Assembly: GCA_048882485.1 (NCBI GenBank)
Contig: JBHLRP010000009.1
Location: 16,118-74,716, forward strand
Reading direction: 5' to 3'
Length of the DNA: 58,599 nt
DNA from: Candidatus Thorarchaeota archaeon
GTDB taxonomy: Archaea > Asgardarchaeota > Thorarchaeia > Thorarchaeales > Thorarchaeaceae
The notes under the pieces were generated by a model. The model was not told the DNA's origin. It made no database searches and was given only the letters and a program-made list of their open reading frames with translations. Positions 46,602 through 56,664 of the stretch are shown piece after piece. Position 1 is the stretch's first letter. Each line of letters begins with the position of its first letter. The translations under genes and the position numbers were made by a program.

Positions 46602-46643
46602 CTCTCACCGTGACAAATCGACTATCCACTACATATTTCTGTA

Positions 46644-47207
46644 TTGAATACCACAAACGAACGAACTGAAATGCGAATCGCTTGGGGAATTACTGGGAGT
46701 GGCGATCTCATCCAAGAGTCAGTTGACCTGATGATTGATCTTCAGAAAGAACATGATGTGAAGATTGACATTTTTGTTTCCAAGGCCGGACGTCAGGTTT
46801 TAAACTGGTACAGATTATGGCAACCACTTAATGAGCAATTCAAGGTCAAGGTAGAAGTGGATGCGAATGTTCCATTCATTGCGGGTCCTTTGCAGATGGG
46901 CAAATGGGACATTCTTATCGTAGCTCCTCTTACAGCCAACTCTGCTGCAAAGATTGCTCACGGCATTGAGGACACACTTCTTACTAATGCAGTGGCACAA
47001 TGTGCAAAAGGGAAGACTCCCATCGTTCTTCTACCCGTTGACCAAACTCCGGGTGAGATTGAAACCGTTGCACCTAATGGAATGAAGTTCAAGATTCGTG
47101 CTCGAAAGGTTGACCTTGAAAACGTAGCCAGAATGAGGGAGATGGAGGGCATAACTGTGGTGGCGACACTTGACGAGATTGTTGAGAGAATCAAGTCAAT
47201 GCTTTGA
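46644..47207 (+). CDS. afpA: Archaeoflavoprotein AfpA-like flavoprotein
   Basis: IAWGITGSGD, ANVPFIAGPLQMG, PLTANSAAKIAHGI.DTL.TNAV, R.VD.EN. Confidence 0.85.
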   Translation: MNTTNERTEMRIAWGITGSGDLIQESVDLMIDLQKEHDVKIDIFVSKAGRQVLNWYRLWQPLNEQFKVKVEVDANVPFIAGPLQMGKWDILIVAPLTANSAAKIAHGIEDTLLTNAVAQCAKGKTPIVLLPVDQTPGEIETVAPNGMKFKIRARKVDLENVARMREMEGITVVATLDEIVERIKSML

Positions 47208-47887
47208 TCGAGGCGAGAAAATTGGGAGAAGCACCGCTTCTCAATGGTGAAAGAGCTAAACTTGTCAGGACCGCTATCATTGACTGGTACAAGAGAGAAG
47301 GTCGTGACTTTCCATGGCGGCATACTAGAGACCCGTTTGAGATATTGATTGCTGAGATGCTTTTAAGGCGGACCACCGCAACAGCTGTTGCTCGAATATA
47401 TTCTGATTTCATTCAACGGTTTGATAGCTTGGAAAGACTCGCAAAAGCTCGAAAGTCAACGATTGAACGAGCTCTTAGCACAATTGGACTTCAATCAGTC
47501 AGAGCTTCACAGATGCAACAGATGGCAAAGACAGTGCACAAAGAGTTTCATGGGATGGTCCCGAGGGACTTGGAATCTCTTGAAAACCTTCCAGGTGTCG
47601 GTCGCTATGGTGCTGCGGCAATCATGAACTTCGCGTTCGGTGCATCTGAGGCAATGGTAGACGGAAACGTAGTTCATCTCATGAGCCGCTTGTTTTCACT
47701 TGACATTTCAGATCCAACAGAGGAACCAATCTGGGAGTTTATGAGAGAATTTGGTGGTAGACAGGACAAACGACTATATTGGGGAATCATCGATCTGGTA
47801 GCCACAGTCTGTTTGAGAGGAGTTCCACGATGTCCAGTCTGTCCACTTTCCGCATATTGCAACTTCTATGCCGTCTACCCCAAATGA
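47204..47887 (+). CDS. HhH-GPD DNA glycosylase, MIG (T:G mismatch)/MutY-like
   Basis: RDFPWR, EMLLRRT, LPGVGRY, VDGNV, C-x6-C-x2-C-x5-C. Confidence 0.88.
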   Translation: MIEARKLGEAPLLNGERAKLVRTAIIDWYKREGRDFPWRHTRDPFEILIAEMLLRRTTATAVARIYSDFIQRFDSLERLAKARKSTIERALSTIGLQSVRASQMQQMAKTVHKEFHGMVPRDLESLENLPGVGRYGAAAIMNFAFGASEAMVDGNVVHLMSRLFSLDISDPTEEPIWEFMREFGGRQDKRLYWGIIDLVATVCLRGVPRCPVCPLSAYCNFYAVYPK

Positions 47888-47950
47888 TATTGGAGGGTAC
47901 ATTCTTCACGCAACCGCCAGTGACGGCATTAATTGTGAAGTGAGCATGAA

Positions 47951-49252
47951 ATGACCTATGATGCGTCCAATCCGCTGCCAGATGGCCTCGAGTTCGGCAT
48001 TGTGAAAACAGATGAAGAATTGGAGGAACTGATCAAGTTCAATTCAACTATCCATGAGCCACAAGACGGCGAGGAACTGAAACGAATAATTGACCTACTT
48101 CCGCACTTTGGAAGGGAAATGAACTACTTTATTCGTGACACTGACAAGGGAATCTTTGTTTCCTCACTCAATGCGATACCTAGTGTCTGGGGCTATGCTG
48201 GGCTTCCTTTGCGGAATCTGGAGCTTGGTTTTGTTGGTACAGTGCCTGAGTATCGCAAGAGGGGGCTTGTAAGAGCTCTGTATAGAGAATTCTTTGAGAA
48301 GGAACTTCATCGGGGCAAGTATGACATCTCCACAATTCAGGGGATTCCCTATTACTATCGTCAGTTTGGATATGATTTTCTAATCCCTGCATGGCGATCT
48401 GTGTTCCTACGGACAAATCAGGTTCCAGATGTGCCCCCAGAGGAAAAGCCTGCCTGGATGCGTCTCTCCATTCGACCTGCTACGAAATCGAATCTTGACT
48501 CAGTCATTTCACTCTATGATGAGATGATAAGTCGAACACTCATTTCAACAGTCAGGGACAAGACACTGTGGGAGATCCAAGAACAACAACGTCGAGAGTA
48601 CGAGAATGAGTTCACGACTCACGTTATTAAACGAGGGAAGGAGGTTGAAGGATACTTCCGATTGATTACGAGGGTGAATGAGAAGGACCCAGTGAATGGA
48701 TTCCTTGATGTGATTGAGAGCAGCATCCAGACATACGACGGTGTAAGACGTACCCTACAGTTTCTGAAAGATCAGTGCAAAGATAAGAACCTGAATCGGA
48801 TTGCACTCTCAGGTGCAATCAACTCCAACCTCTCCCAGATTGGTCTTGACCTTGGCGGTAACATGAGTCGAGGATGGAAGCATCAGCTTCGAATTCCAGA
48901 CATGATTCGATTTCTGAAGCGAATCCGTCCAGTGCTTCAGAAGCGTCTTCGAGGCACAATGTTTGATGGGCTAACACAGGAGGTCACAATCAATACATAC
49001 AGACACTGTTACGTGCTAGATTTTCAGGGAGGCAAGATTCAGGAAATAAAGGACTTGGGAATCCATGAGGATGGCAAGAACCTCAGCTTCAGAGCACCTC
49101 CCCATGACTTTGTGCGACTGTTGCTAGGTCAGTACTCTATTGAAGAGCTGAACCAACAGAATATCGATTTTCTTGTTGCCGGGACTGTCAAATCCCTCAT
49201 TACGACCTTATTTCCAAAACAGGAGAGCTTCATAGGATACTATTCCTGTTAG
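47951..49252 (+). CDS. GNAT acetyltransferase (Eis-like, multi-domain)
   Basis: VGTVPEYRKRGL, GIPYYYRQFGY, C-terminal SCP2-like region. Confidence 0.85.
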   Translation: MTYDASNPLPDGLEFGIVKTDEELEELIKFNSTIHEPQDGEELKRIIDLLPHFGREMNYFIRDTDKGIFVSSLNAIPSVWGYAGLPLRNLELGFVGTVPEYRKRGLVRALYREFFEKELHRGKYDISTIQGIPYYYRQFGYDFLIPAWRSVFLRTNQVPDVPPEEKPAWMRLSIRPATKSNLDSVISLYDEMISRTLISTVRDKTLWEIQEQQRREYENEFTTHVIKRGKEVEGYFRLITRVNEKDPVNGFLDVIESSIQTYDGVRRTLQFLKDQCKDKNLNRIALSGAINSNLSQIGLDLGGNMSRGWKHQLRIPDMIRFLKRIRPVLQKRLRGTMFDGLTQEVTINTYRHCYVLDFQGGKIQEIKDLGIHEDGKNLSFRAPPHDFVRLLLGQYSIEELNQQNIDFLVAGTVKSLITTLFPKQESFIGYYSC

Positions 49253-49262
49253 CAAGAATCTC

Positions 49263-49646
49263 CTAATCCAGATCGGGAATATCAATCTCGACATTAAACT
49301 GAGTGCCGCAGGGACAGGCAGCTGGAATTTGGAACTTATCGGGAGTATCAATACTCAATCGTGCACCTTGGATTGCAGCTTTGTCAATCAGGGCCTGCAT
49401 GTTGGTTGTCATATACTTTGCAAAGCTCTTCACCAAATCAGGAATGGATATGTCATTGATCCAATAGACGAAATGTGTACAGTCAGGATTTGGGCAACTG
49501 CTCACCATTACCCTTGTTCCATCTCCACACGACTTGCACTTGAGGTCAGTATGATGATAATCGGGTGCTTTAGGACTAGGAAGGTCTAAAGAATTGATAT
49601 CACCGCATCGGTAGCAATAGTACTCGAATTTGACGCTCTCAGTCAT
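49263..49646 (-). CDS. Multi-Zn-ribbon protein of unknown function
   Basis: CYRC, CKSC, CPNPDC, CPCG. Confidence 0.75.
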   Translation of the reverse strand: MTESVKFEYYCYRCGDINSLDLPSPKAPDYHHTDLKCKSCGDGTRVMVSSCPNPDCTHFVYWINDISIPDLVKSFAKYMTTNMQALIDKAAIQGARLSIDTPDKFQIPAACPCGTQFNVEIDIPDLD

Positions 49647-49735
49647 GTCAGTTCACTTTACGCCTGACCCTCCGATAAGAAAAGCGTATCTATGGTTAAC
49701 GGGTGTCTGTCCTGATTTCTATAGGGCCTAATAAG

Positions 49736-49961
49736 GTGGAATCTTGCGATATGTCTGAGGACGAGAAGATAATTGCAGGTCACAAGACCAAGAATGAATA
49801 TGCTATCTCTACTGATTGTGTTTCTCACAGAAAACTTCGAATCCAAAGATTCCCGCTGCCCCGTCTGCGGCACCATATTGCCACGATTTGGTCGAGTATT
49901 CAATGTAGGAAGAAAATGGATTTGTGCTGACTGTATAATTGGCAGAATCCATGGTGTCTAG
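49736..49961 (+). pseudogene. Probably frameshifted tandem C4 Zn-finger gene
   Basis: One frame gives SCDMS...AISTDCV, another continues RCPVCG...WICADCI. Confidence 0.45.
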
Positions 49962-50030
49962 TATATCCGTAAATTCTCTTCTGACATATACTGAGCCCAA
50001 CAGTGAAAAGCAGGTTATACACCAGATAAC

Positions 50031-50810
50031 TTGTGTCAGGTGAGTTCTTTGAAGCGTAGAATACAACCACATCTGAGAGTAGGCGAAGGCGATGTCGAAA
50101 AGGTAGTCTTGATCGCTGGGAATCCAGACAGAATCCCCGTGATGGCATCCAAGATGAAGGATCCTGAAGAAGTAGCACGGTATCGTGGGTTCGTCACATA
50201 TCGTGCATATACTCCAAAGGGAGTTGCAGTAACAATGGCTGGCACTGGAATAGGCACCCCCTCGACCCACATCTGTGTAGAAGAACTGTCGAGGCTTGGT
50301 CCCGAAGTTATCATAAGAATTGGTTCTTGTGGCGGAATTGAACCTTCTGTAACAGTTGGCGATGTGGTCGTGCCGACGGGTGCGATTCGTGATGAGCGAA
50401 CTGGTCTCAACTACGCACCAATGGAATATCCTGCAGTGGCATCTCCGAAATGGGCAATCGCATTGCATGAAGAGATATCCAAGCTGCTGCCTCCAGATAG
50501 AGTCCATCAGGGCATCTGTTGGACAAGTGATGTGTACTATGTGAGTCCAGAAAAGAACCCACTAGACATGTGGACTCGAGCTAAGGTGAAGTGTGTTGAG
50601 ATGGAGAGTTCATTCCTCTTCGTATTCGCCACCACTCGGGGGCTAGAAGCCGCCTCTATATTGGCCTGCGATGGCAACCTGCATGGAGCACAGAAGGTCG
50701 AGCAGACTGATGAGTCTGAAGAATCAGGGGAACAAGATCCCTTGTTGGTAGAGGCAGTAGAGAAAGAGATAGAGGCAACAATTAAGGCAATAGATCGATT
50801 CTATGGCTGA
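50031..50810 (+). CDS. Nucleoside phosphorylase (uridine phosphorylase/PNP family)
   Basis: GNPDR, TGIGTPS..I..EEL, IRIGSCG, VEMES. Confidence 0.93.
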   Translation: MCQVSSLKRRIQPHLRVGEGDVEKVVLIAGNPDRIPVMASKMKDPEEVARYRGFVTYRAYTPKGVAVTMAGTGIGTPSTHICVEELSRLGPEVIIRIGSCGGIEPSVTVGDVVVPTGAIRDERTGLNYAPMEYPAVASPKWAIALHEEISKLLPPDRVHQGICWTSDVYYVSPEKNPLDMWTRAKVKCVEMESSFLFVFATTRGLEAASILACDGNLHGAQKVEQTDESEESGEQDPLLVEAVEKEIEATIKAIDRFYG

Positions 50811-51976
50811 TGTGGCAATCTGTGTCATCGAATCATGCTATTGCACACCTTTTTAGAGTATCAAATGGTACCTCTCTCACCATGCAGGAAGCTGAGGCAA
50901 CAGATTGCAGACTTACTGACATCAATCAGACCATCACTCTAAGGAGCTTTGAGAAGGTCAGCAACCCGAAATCAATCCATGGTATATACCCCTATCGTGG
51001 AAAGATGTCTGCCATTGATGCAAGTCATGTCATAGGTCAGCTCAGCTCCACTGACACCCTTCTAGACCCGTTCTGTGGAACTGGAACGATTGTCTATGAA
51101 GCGCAGGCAAGAGGGATGAACGCTATTGGTGTGGACAACAACCCAGTTGCGTGTGAAATAGCTCGTGGCAAGACCCAGCCTCTCGATATCGATGCTACTA
51201 TCTATAATCTTGAATCAGCTCTAGAAGAAGCAAAGCGATCCAAGTCGTATCTTTCAATGCCTTCTGAGCCATCCCGCTATTTTCATCCAGAAACTGCAGA
51301 TCAGATAATGCGGACGCTATCAGTTTCCAGAGGTTTTTCTGCATACGAGAAGTCCATCCTATACGGCTCTATCTGTGTCGCCGCACGTGCGTGCAATGGC
51401 TGGATCTGGACATCAACATCAATCGGGAAACTCAATCTTCCGCTTCGTGAAGTAGACTTCTACAAGATTGTGATGCGCAAAGCGCGTAAACACATCATCT
51501 ACGTCAGAGGCCAGCCACATGTGAGAATCCATCAGTATGATACACGGCGAATCTATGACATTATACCTGAGAACTCTATTGATGTTGTCTATAGCAGTCC
51601 CCCATATTTTGATGCGCTTGACTACACTGGATACTACACGAAGATAGTCATGGAGGTCCTTGGAATTGACCGCGGAGCCGTTCGTGATGGACTCATTCAA
51701 AGATACTCGACCTACAGAGATGACATGAAACTGGCTCTGAAGGCGATCGACAGAGTCGTCAGGGAGGACGCCACTATCATATTTGTTGTTGGTGACAGAA
51801 TGGTTCATAGAGAACTGATTCGTGGGTCCGAATTCTTTACCGAGATTGCACCCTGGAACGAACCATATATCGTTGAAAGATCGTATACTAGCACCCCGAG
51901 CAAGATGTGGGACAAGATCAACAAGACGCATCGAAAGGAACAGGTCATTGTTTGGGACCTAGGTCGGAGCAGATGA
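50810..51976 (+). CDS. Amino-DNA methyltransferase (SPPY type; motif I before motif IV)
   Basis: IHGIYPYRGK, LLDPFCGTGT, YSSPPY. Confidence 0.88.
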   Translation: MWQSVSSNHAIAHLFRVSNGTSLTMQEAEATDCRLTDINQTITLRSFEKVSNPKSIHGIYPYRGKMSAIDASHVIGQLSSTDTLLDPFCGTGTIVYEAQARGMNAIGVDNNPVACEIARGKTQPLDIDATIYNLESALEEAKRSKSYLSMPSEPSRYFHPETADQIMRTLSVSRGFSAYEKSILYGSICVAARACNGWIWTSTSIGKLNLPLREVDFYKIVMRKARKHIIYVRGQPHVRIHQYDTRRIYDIIPENSIDVVYSSPPYFDALDYTGYYTKIVMEVLGIDRGAVRDGLIQRYSTYRDDMKLALKAIDRVVREDATIIFVVGDRMVHRELIRGSEFFTEIAPWNEPYIVERSYTSTPSKMWDKINKTHRKEQVIVWDLGRSR

Positions 51977-51980
51977 CACT

Positions 51981-52823
51981 ATGACCGAACACCTAGTTGT
52001 CATTGGGGACAGTCGAGCAATGGACCATGTGAAGGATTCATCTGTTCATCTCGTTGTGACATCTCCGCCGTATTGGCGTCTAAAGGACTATGGCAATGGA
52101 GTGGAGATAGGTCAAGGTTCCACATCCTATGAGGAATACCTGTCAGACATCTGTCTGGTGTTTAAGGAGTGCGTGAAGAAATTAGTACCTGATGGCAAGC
52201 TAATCATAAACATCATGCCATTATTCCTGACTGGGAAGAACTCCAAGTTCAAACGACGCGTCACAAAGATGGTCATTACGGACTTGGAAACCTTCATGGA
52301 CTCACTGCGTAACATGTATTTTCACTCTCTTTTTGTATGGGACAAGCGCAAGGCAGCACGATTCAGTTCATGGGGATCCTATCCCTATCCCCCAAACATT
52401 CTGGCATCATATCCCTATGAGTGGATTGTAGTTTTTTCAAAGGAAGGTAAACGACCTTCAGTGAGTAGTGAGGTCAAGGAATCATCAGTAATCAGTCATG
52501 AGGAGTTTACGAATTGGGCTCAAAACTCAATCTGGGAATTTCAGCCTGCATCTGCAAAACAAGAGGGACATCCAGCTCCATTTCCAGAAGAACTACCTCG
52601 TAGGTGCATTCGTCTATACTCTTTTGTTGGAGACACAGTTCTTGATCCTTTTGCAGGTACGGGGACTACTATGGCTGCGGCAAGGAAACTGGGGCGAAAT
52701 TCCATTGGTTACGAAATCAACCCCGTTTATGAGCCCCTTATACGTAGAAAACTGGGAATCGGGGCTGATTGGAGCGATAATGCGGTCTTCGAAGTCGTTT
52801 GGCAGAACAGTAAGTCTAAATGA
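51981..52823 (+). CDS. Beta-class amino-DNA methyltransferase (SPPY type)
   Basis: VTSPPYW, HPAPFPEELPRRCI, VLDPFAGTGTT, GYEIN. Confidence 0.93.
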   Translation: MTEHLVVIGDSRAMDHVKDSSVHLVVTSPPYWRLKDYGNGVEIGQGSTSYEEYLSDICLVFKECVKKLVPDGKLIINIMPLFLTGKNSKFKRRVTKMVITDLETFMDSLRNMYFHSLFVWDKRKAARFSSWGSYPYPPNILASYPYEWIVVFSKEGKRPSVSSEVKESSVISHEEFTNWAQNSIWEFQPASAKQEGHPAPFPEELPRRCIRLYSFVGDTVLDPFAGTGTTMAAARKLGRNSIGYEINPVYEPLIRRKLGIGADWSDNAVFEVVWQNSKSK

Positions 52824-52877
52824 GAACACTAATCAAAGGTCACTAGCGAAATCCTGAGTGGGAGGATTCTAGGAAAG

Positions 52878-54098
52878 TTGACCTATGACGTAATAGTTGT
52901 GGGTGCTGGTCCGGCTGGCTCTATTACTGCCCATGATTGTGCTAAAGCTGGACTCAAGACGCTTCTATTAGAGAAGTCAAAGCATCCTAGAGAGAAGCCT
53001 TGCGGTGGGGCTGTTATGTACAGAGGGCTTCATATTTTGCGAGGTAAGTTGCCTGTTGGTCTTGTCGAACGACGTATTACTGGTCTTAGGTTCATTCTTC
53101 CAAGTGGCGATGCAGCTGAATTTTCCTCTGAGAAGTTGATTGGAATAACGGTGTTCAGAGAGCGTTTCGATGAGTTCCTTGCAAAGAGGGCTGTGGAAGC
53201 AGGTGCAGAGATAAAGGAGTTGACAAAGGTCAAACACGCATCCACTGGGCCAAAGAATGCGGTAGTTCAGACAGCAGATGGTCAGGAAATCAGGGGTCGC
53301 TATCTTGTCGGCGCAGATGGAGTAAATTCTGTAGTGGCCAAATCCTTAGGTCTCAGGCCAGCAAGGAAAAACCTCAATCGCGTTGGTCTTGGAATGGAGA
53401 GCGACTTCCATGCGGGCGAAGAAGGAGTTCTGACTGCTACGAACGGCAAACCATCCATTCTTGAGATTGTACCAGTGGAAGGCCGAGTGGCTTATGGATG
53501 GATGTTTCCGAAAAGGGAACACCTCTGTATCGGAATCGCTGGGGCTGCAGTGCACATGTATCCGCTTCGACCAGCATTTGACGCCTTTTGGAAGAAAATA
53601 GAGCAAAGAATCGGAATCCCACTCAAACTAGAGAAACGTCGAGTGCATTTCCTTGGTGCTGATGGTGTGTCAAGCAGAAATGTCACGGATCGAGCTCTCC
53701 TTGTTGGAGATGCAGCTGGTTTTGTTGACCCAATGATGGGTGAAGGCATTGCTTATGCTATGAAATCGGGCATCCATGCAGCAGATGTTATTGCTAGAGC
53801 TGCAGAGTTTGGTCGTTACGATAGCCACTATCTTGAGCAATACCATCGCCTCTGCAAGAGAGAGTTCGAAGCAAACTTTGCAATGGCCGAGTGGGCTGGA
53901 CTAAGGGGGACCACTTTTGCTGAAACCGTCCTTAAGACAGCGGCATCGTATCATCTCGCTTCAGATATTCTGGCGAAGCTTGCTAGAGGCGAAATTGGCT
54001 ACTCGGCAATTCCATATACTATACTCAAAGATCTCCCACGAGAGCTGCCAAGATTTCTTAAACAACAGGTGCGGTCAAGGCTGAATCATTCCTCCTGA
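52878..54098 (+). CDS. Geranylgeranyl reductase family FAD oxidoreductase
   Basis: VVGAGPAG, KPCGG, GADG, YGWMFPK, GDAAGFVDP..GEGI. Confidence 0.93.
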   Translation: MTYDVIVVGAGPAGSITAHDCAKAGLKTLLLEKSKHPREKPCGGAVMYRGLHILRGKLPVGLVERRITGLRFILPSGDAAEFSSEKLIGITVFRERFDEFLAKRAVEAGAEIKELTKVKHASTGPKNAVVQTADGQEIRGRYLVGADGVNSVVAKSLGLRPARKNLNRVGLGMESDFHAGEEGVLTATNGKPSILEIVPVEGRVAYGWMFPKREHLCIGIAGAAVHMYPLRPAFDAFWKKIEQRIGIPLKLEKRRVHFLGADGVSSRNVTDRALLVGDAAGFVDPMMGEGIAYAMKSGIHAADVIARAAEFGRYDSHYLEQYHRLCKREFEANFAMAEWAGLRGTTFAETVLKTAASYHLASDILAKLARGEIGYSAIPYTILKDLPRELPRFLKQQVRSRLNHSS

Positions 54099-54128
54099 AA
54101 AGGTTCATAGGGCCGGAAGGAAGGCTGG

Positions 54129-55148
54129 GTGTCGGACTGTGGAAGAATGAGAGTCACGTGGGCCATTCTGATGCTTCTAATAATTCCCCTCTCAAGTAGA
54201 AGCGCGCAGCAGGTCAGTTACGTTCCAGAATTCGATGGAACGAACGCTATGTTTCATCTATTAGCACAATGTGATTTTGGGTCTAGACCGCCCGGTTCTG
54301 ACAATCTATCCCGGTGTAGAGGGTACATTGTTGATACTCTGGAGAGTTATGGATGGAATACAACTCTCCAGAACTTCACATACCGGGATGTTTCGTGCGC
54401 CAATATTATTGCATGGTACGGTCCAATACGGAATGGCACAGTGATTTTGGGTGCACATTACGATACACGCCCTTTTGCAGATAATGACCCAGACCCTGCG
54501 AATCGAAGCAGACCTGTCTTGGGAGCTAATGATGGAGCCAGTGGAACCGCAGTGCTTCTTGAGATGGCGCGTGTATTGCCTATCGAGGTCAGAGATGAAG
54601 TAGAACTGGTCTTCCTTGACGCTGAGGATTCAGGTTACATAGATGGCTGGGATTGGATTGTTGGTTCAACCTACTACGTTGATCAGCTAACTCCCAGTCG
54701 AATATCCACAATTAGGTCCATGATTCTCCTCGATATGATTGGGGACAGTGAACTCCGCCTCCAACGTGAACTAGGCTCCACAAGATCTCTTCAAGACGTG
54801 ATTTGGTCTGGGGCAGCAGACATGGGTCATCAGGACACGTTTCTAGATTCGCTTGGAGCAACTATTCTTGATGATCATCGTCCGTTCCTGGATGTTGGGA
54901 TTCCTGCTGTGGACATAATTCATCATAATCCATTCCCCTCGACTTGGCATACGGTTGATGATATTCCTGAGAGATGCAGTGCTGAGAGTCTGCAGGTAGT
55001 AGGAGAAGTTGTGGAAACCCATTTAGTGACTCAATCTGGAATGACAACCTCCTTCCTTCCTGACTTTCCAGTCAGCTACTACATAGCAATCTTGAGCGTT
55101 GTTGGAGTTGCAGCTCTATTCGTGTATAGTCGCTTGAAGAAAGGATGA
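54129..55148 (+). CDS. M28 peptidase / glutaminyl cyclase-like, signal peptide and C-terminal TM anchor
   Basis: GAHYDTR, GANDGASG, DAED, DMIGD, DDHRPF, WHT. Confidence 0.9.
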   Translation: MSDCGRMRVTWAILMLLIIPLSSRSAQQVSYVPEFDGTNAMFHLLAQCDFGSRPPGSDNLSRCRGYIVDTLESYGWNTTLQNFTYRDVSCANIIAWYGPIRNGTVILGAHYDTRPFADNDPDPANRSRPVLGANDGASGTAVLLEMARVLPIEVRDEVELVFLDAEDSGYIDGWDWIVGSTYYVDQLTPSRISTIRSMILLDMIGDSELRLQRELGSTRSLQDVIWSGAADMGHQDTFLDSLGATILDDHRPFLDVGIPAVDIIHHNPFPSTWHTVDDIPERCSAESLQVVGEVVETHLVTQSGMTTSFLPDFPVSYYIAILSVVGVAALFVYSRLKKG

Positions 55149-55214
55149 TGTTACACACATTTTAGAGGAAGTGATAGAATAACCCTCTGAAAGTCCTCCT
55201 CAGGGTGAATAAGG

Positions 55215-56105
55215 TTGAAGAAAACCCTCCTTTTCAGGCCTACTGAAACTCAAATTCCACCACTAACATGCATGGCAGTGGACCCTCGAGGAAAGCGCAT
55301 TGCTTGTGGCACAATGGACTCACAAATCTTCCTTCTTGATTCAATATCTGGAAATCAAAAACGGATACTGAAGGGACATGAAGCTGCTGTATCTGCTGTG
55401 TCTTTCATTGATGGGGGAAAAGGACTGGTATCAACAAGCTGGGACTGCACAACACGTAGATGGACCTCGACTGGACCTGCCAAAGACATACCCGTACTTC
55501 GGCACAATTCCGAGGTCAAGGCACTAACTGTTGGAACTGAAAAGGCCAGGGGTGCTGCTGGCACGCGAGATGGAGAAGTCAAGGTGTTTTATACTAACAG
55601 CATGAGGAACTACAGAAACATACAGGCCCACAGAACCGATGTATCAGGTCTTGTATTCGCACGTGAAGAGTCTGTGCTTGTGACATCTTCTTGGGACGGA
55701 GAATGTAAGCTCTTTGACCTCAGTAGTTTTGAATTTCTAGTCGCGATCGCAAAACAGAAAGAAAGAATCAGGTCAATAGCAGTGACACACGACAGTTCGA
55801 AAGTCTTTCTCGGATTGCACAATGGCGTCATTCTTTCAATCGACCCTGAGAACCCAAAGGAAGTCATCGAAATGACAAGTCATTCAGATATAGTGACTTC
55901 TCTCGCAATTGACCCATCCAACACGTATCTTGCATCTGGAAGTTGGGACAGGTCTGTCAAGGTTTGGTCAATCAAAAAGCGAAAAGTGAAGAATCAGGAT
56001 CGCTTGCTGACGGGAATTTCATCCATAGGATGGAATCCCAAAGGCTCAGGGTTTTATACAACTGATTATTCAGGCGCATTGACATTTTGGGATTATGAAA
56101 CGTAG
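55215..56105 (+). CDS. WD40 repeat beta-propeller protein
   Basis: GH...STSWD, AH...TSSWDG, SH...ASGSWDRSVKVW, terminal FWD. Confidence 0.92.
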   Translation: MKKTLLFRPTETQIPPLTCMAVDPRGKRIACGTMDSQIFLLDSISGNQKRILKGHEAAVSAVSFIDGGKGLVSTSWDCTTRRWTSTGPAKDIPVLRHNSEVKALTVGTEKARGAAGTRDGEVKVFYTNSMRNYRNIQAHRTDVSGLVFAREESVLVTSSWDGECKLFDLSSFEFLVAIAKQKERIRSIAVTHDSSKVFLGLHNGVILSIDPENPKEVIEMTSHSDIVTSLAIDPSNTYLASGSWDRSVKVWSIKKRKVKNQDRLLTGISSIGWNPKGSGFYTTDYSGALTFWDYET

Positions 56106-56121
56106 CCAGAAAGCTAGGGTC

Positions 56122-56664
56122 TCAGTTCTCAATGCGAATGTCAATGTCCATGTATCCTTCCTTGTTCCAAGTAAGTCTGACTCTTCCATATGTTATTTTT
56201 CCACGAACAATTGACTCGAGACTCTCTATCACCCGATTCCGACTTCTTTTGTCGAATGGTATTGGCACTTTTTCCCTATCTACCGTCTGCAGATGCACTC
56301 CCTTCTCGTTGACTGACACAATTGGTTGAGAGAAAATCATCCTTCCTCCTCTGAAGACAGGGGCCTTGTCACGCATACTCCTTACAGTCTGGGCCAATCT
56401 CCGGTGCTCTCTGACTTCTCCCCATGCAGTCTTGACAACATCCCTCATATACTGATGTCTTTGGTCAAATTGGCTAGAGATTTCTTCCTCGAGAACTTCG
56501 AAAGCCTTCCTACCTGATGAGATGTGATTCTTTAAGATGGCTCTAATGACGTAGTTGACTGCCTTCGAATATCTGTCAAATTCCAAGTCAATCTTGTCTT
56601 GCTTCTCTCTACTCAAAGTGACACTAGTGAGCTTCAGAATCTCGGATTTCGAGTCAGATGTCAT
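56122..56664 (-). CDS. TnpB/Cas12f-like N-terminal (WED-REC) module without RuvC
   Basis: Y.KAVNYVI, helical REC-like segment, K.P.F, final beta strands GRVRL...GYMDIDI; stops before the expected RuvC-I G.D.G. Confidence 0.62.
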   Translation of the reverse strand: MTSDSKSEILKLTSVTLSREKQDKIDLEFDRYSKAVNYVIRAILKNHISSGRKAFEVLEEEISSQFDQRHQYMRDVVKTAWGEVREHRRLAQTVRSMRDKAPVFRGGRMIFSQPIVSVNEKGVHLQTVDREKVPIPFDKRSRNRVIESLESIVRGKITYGRVRLTWNKEGYMDIDIRIEN

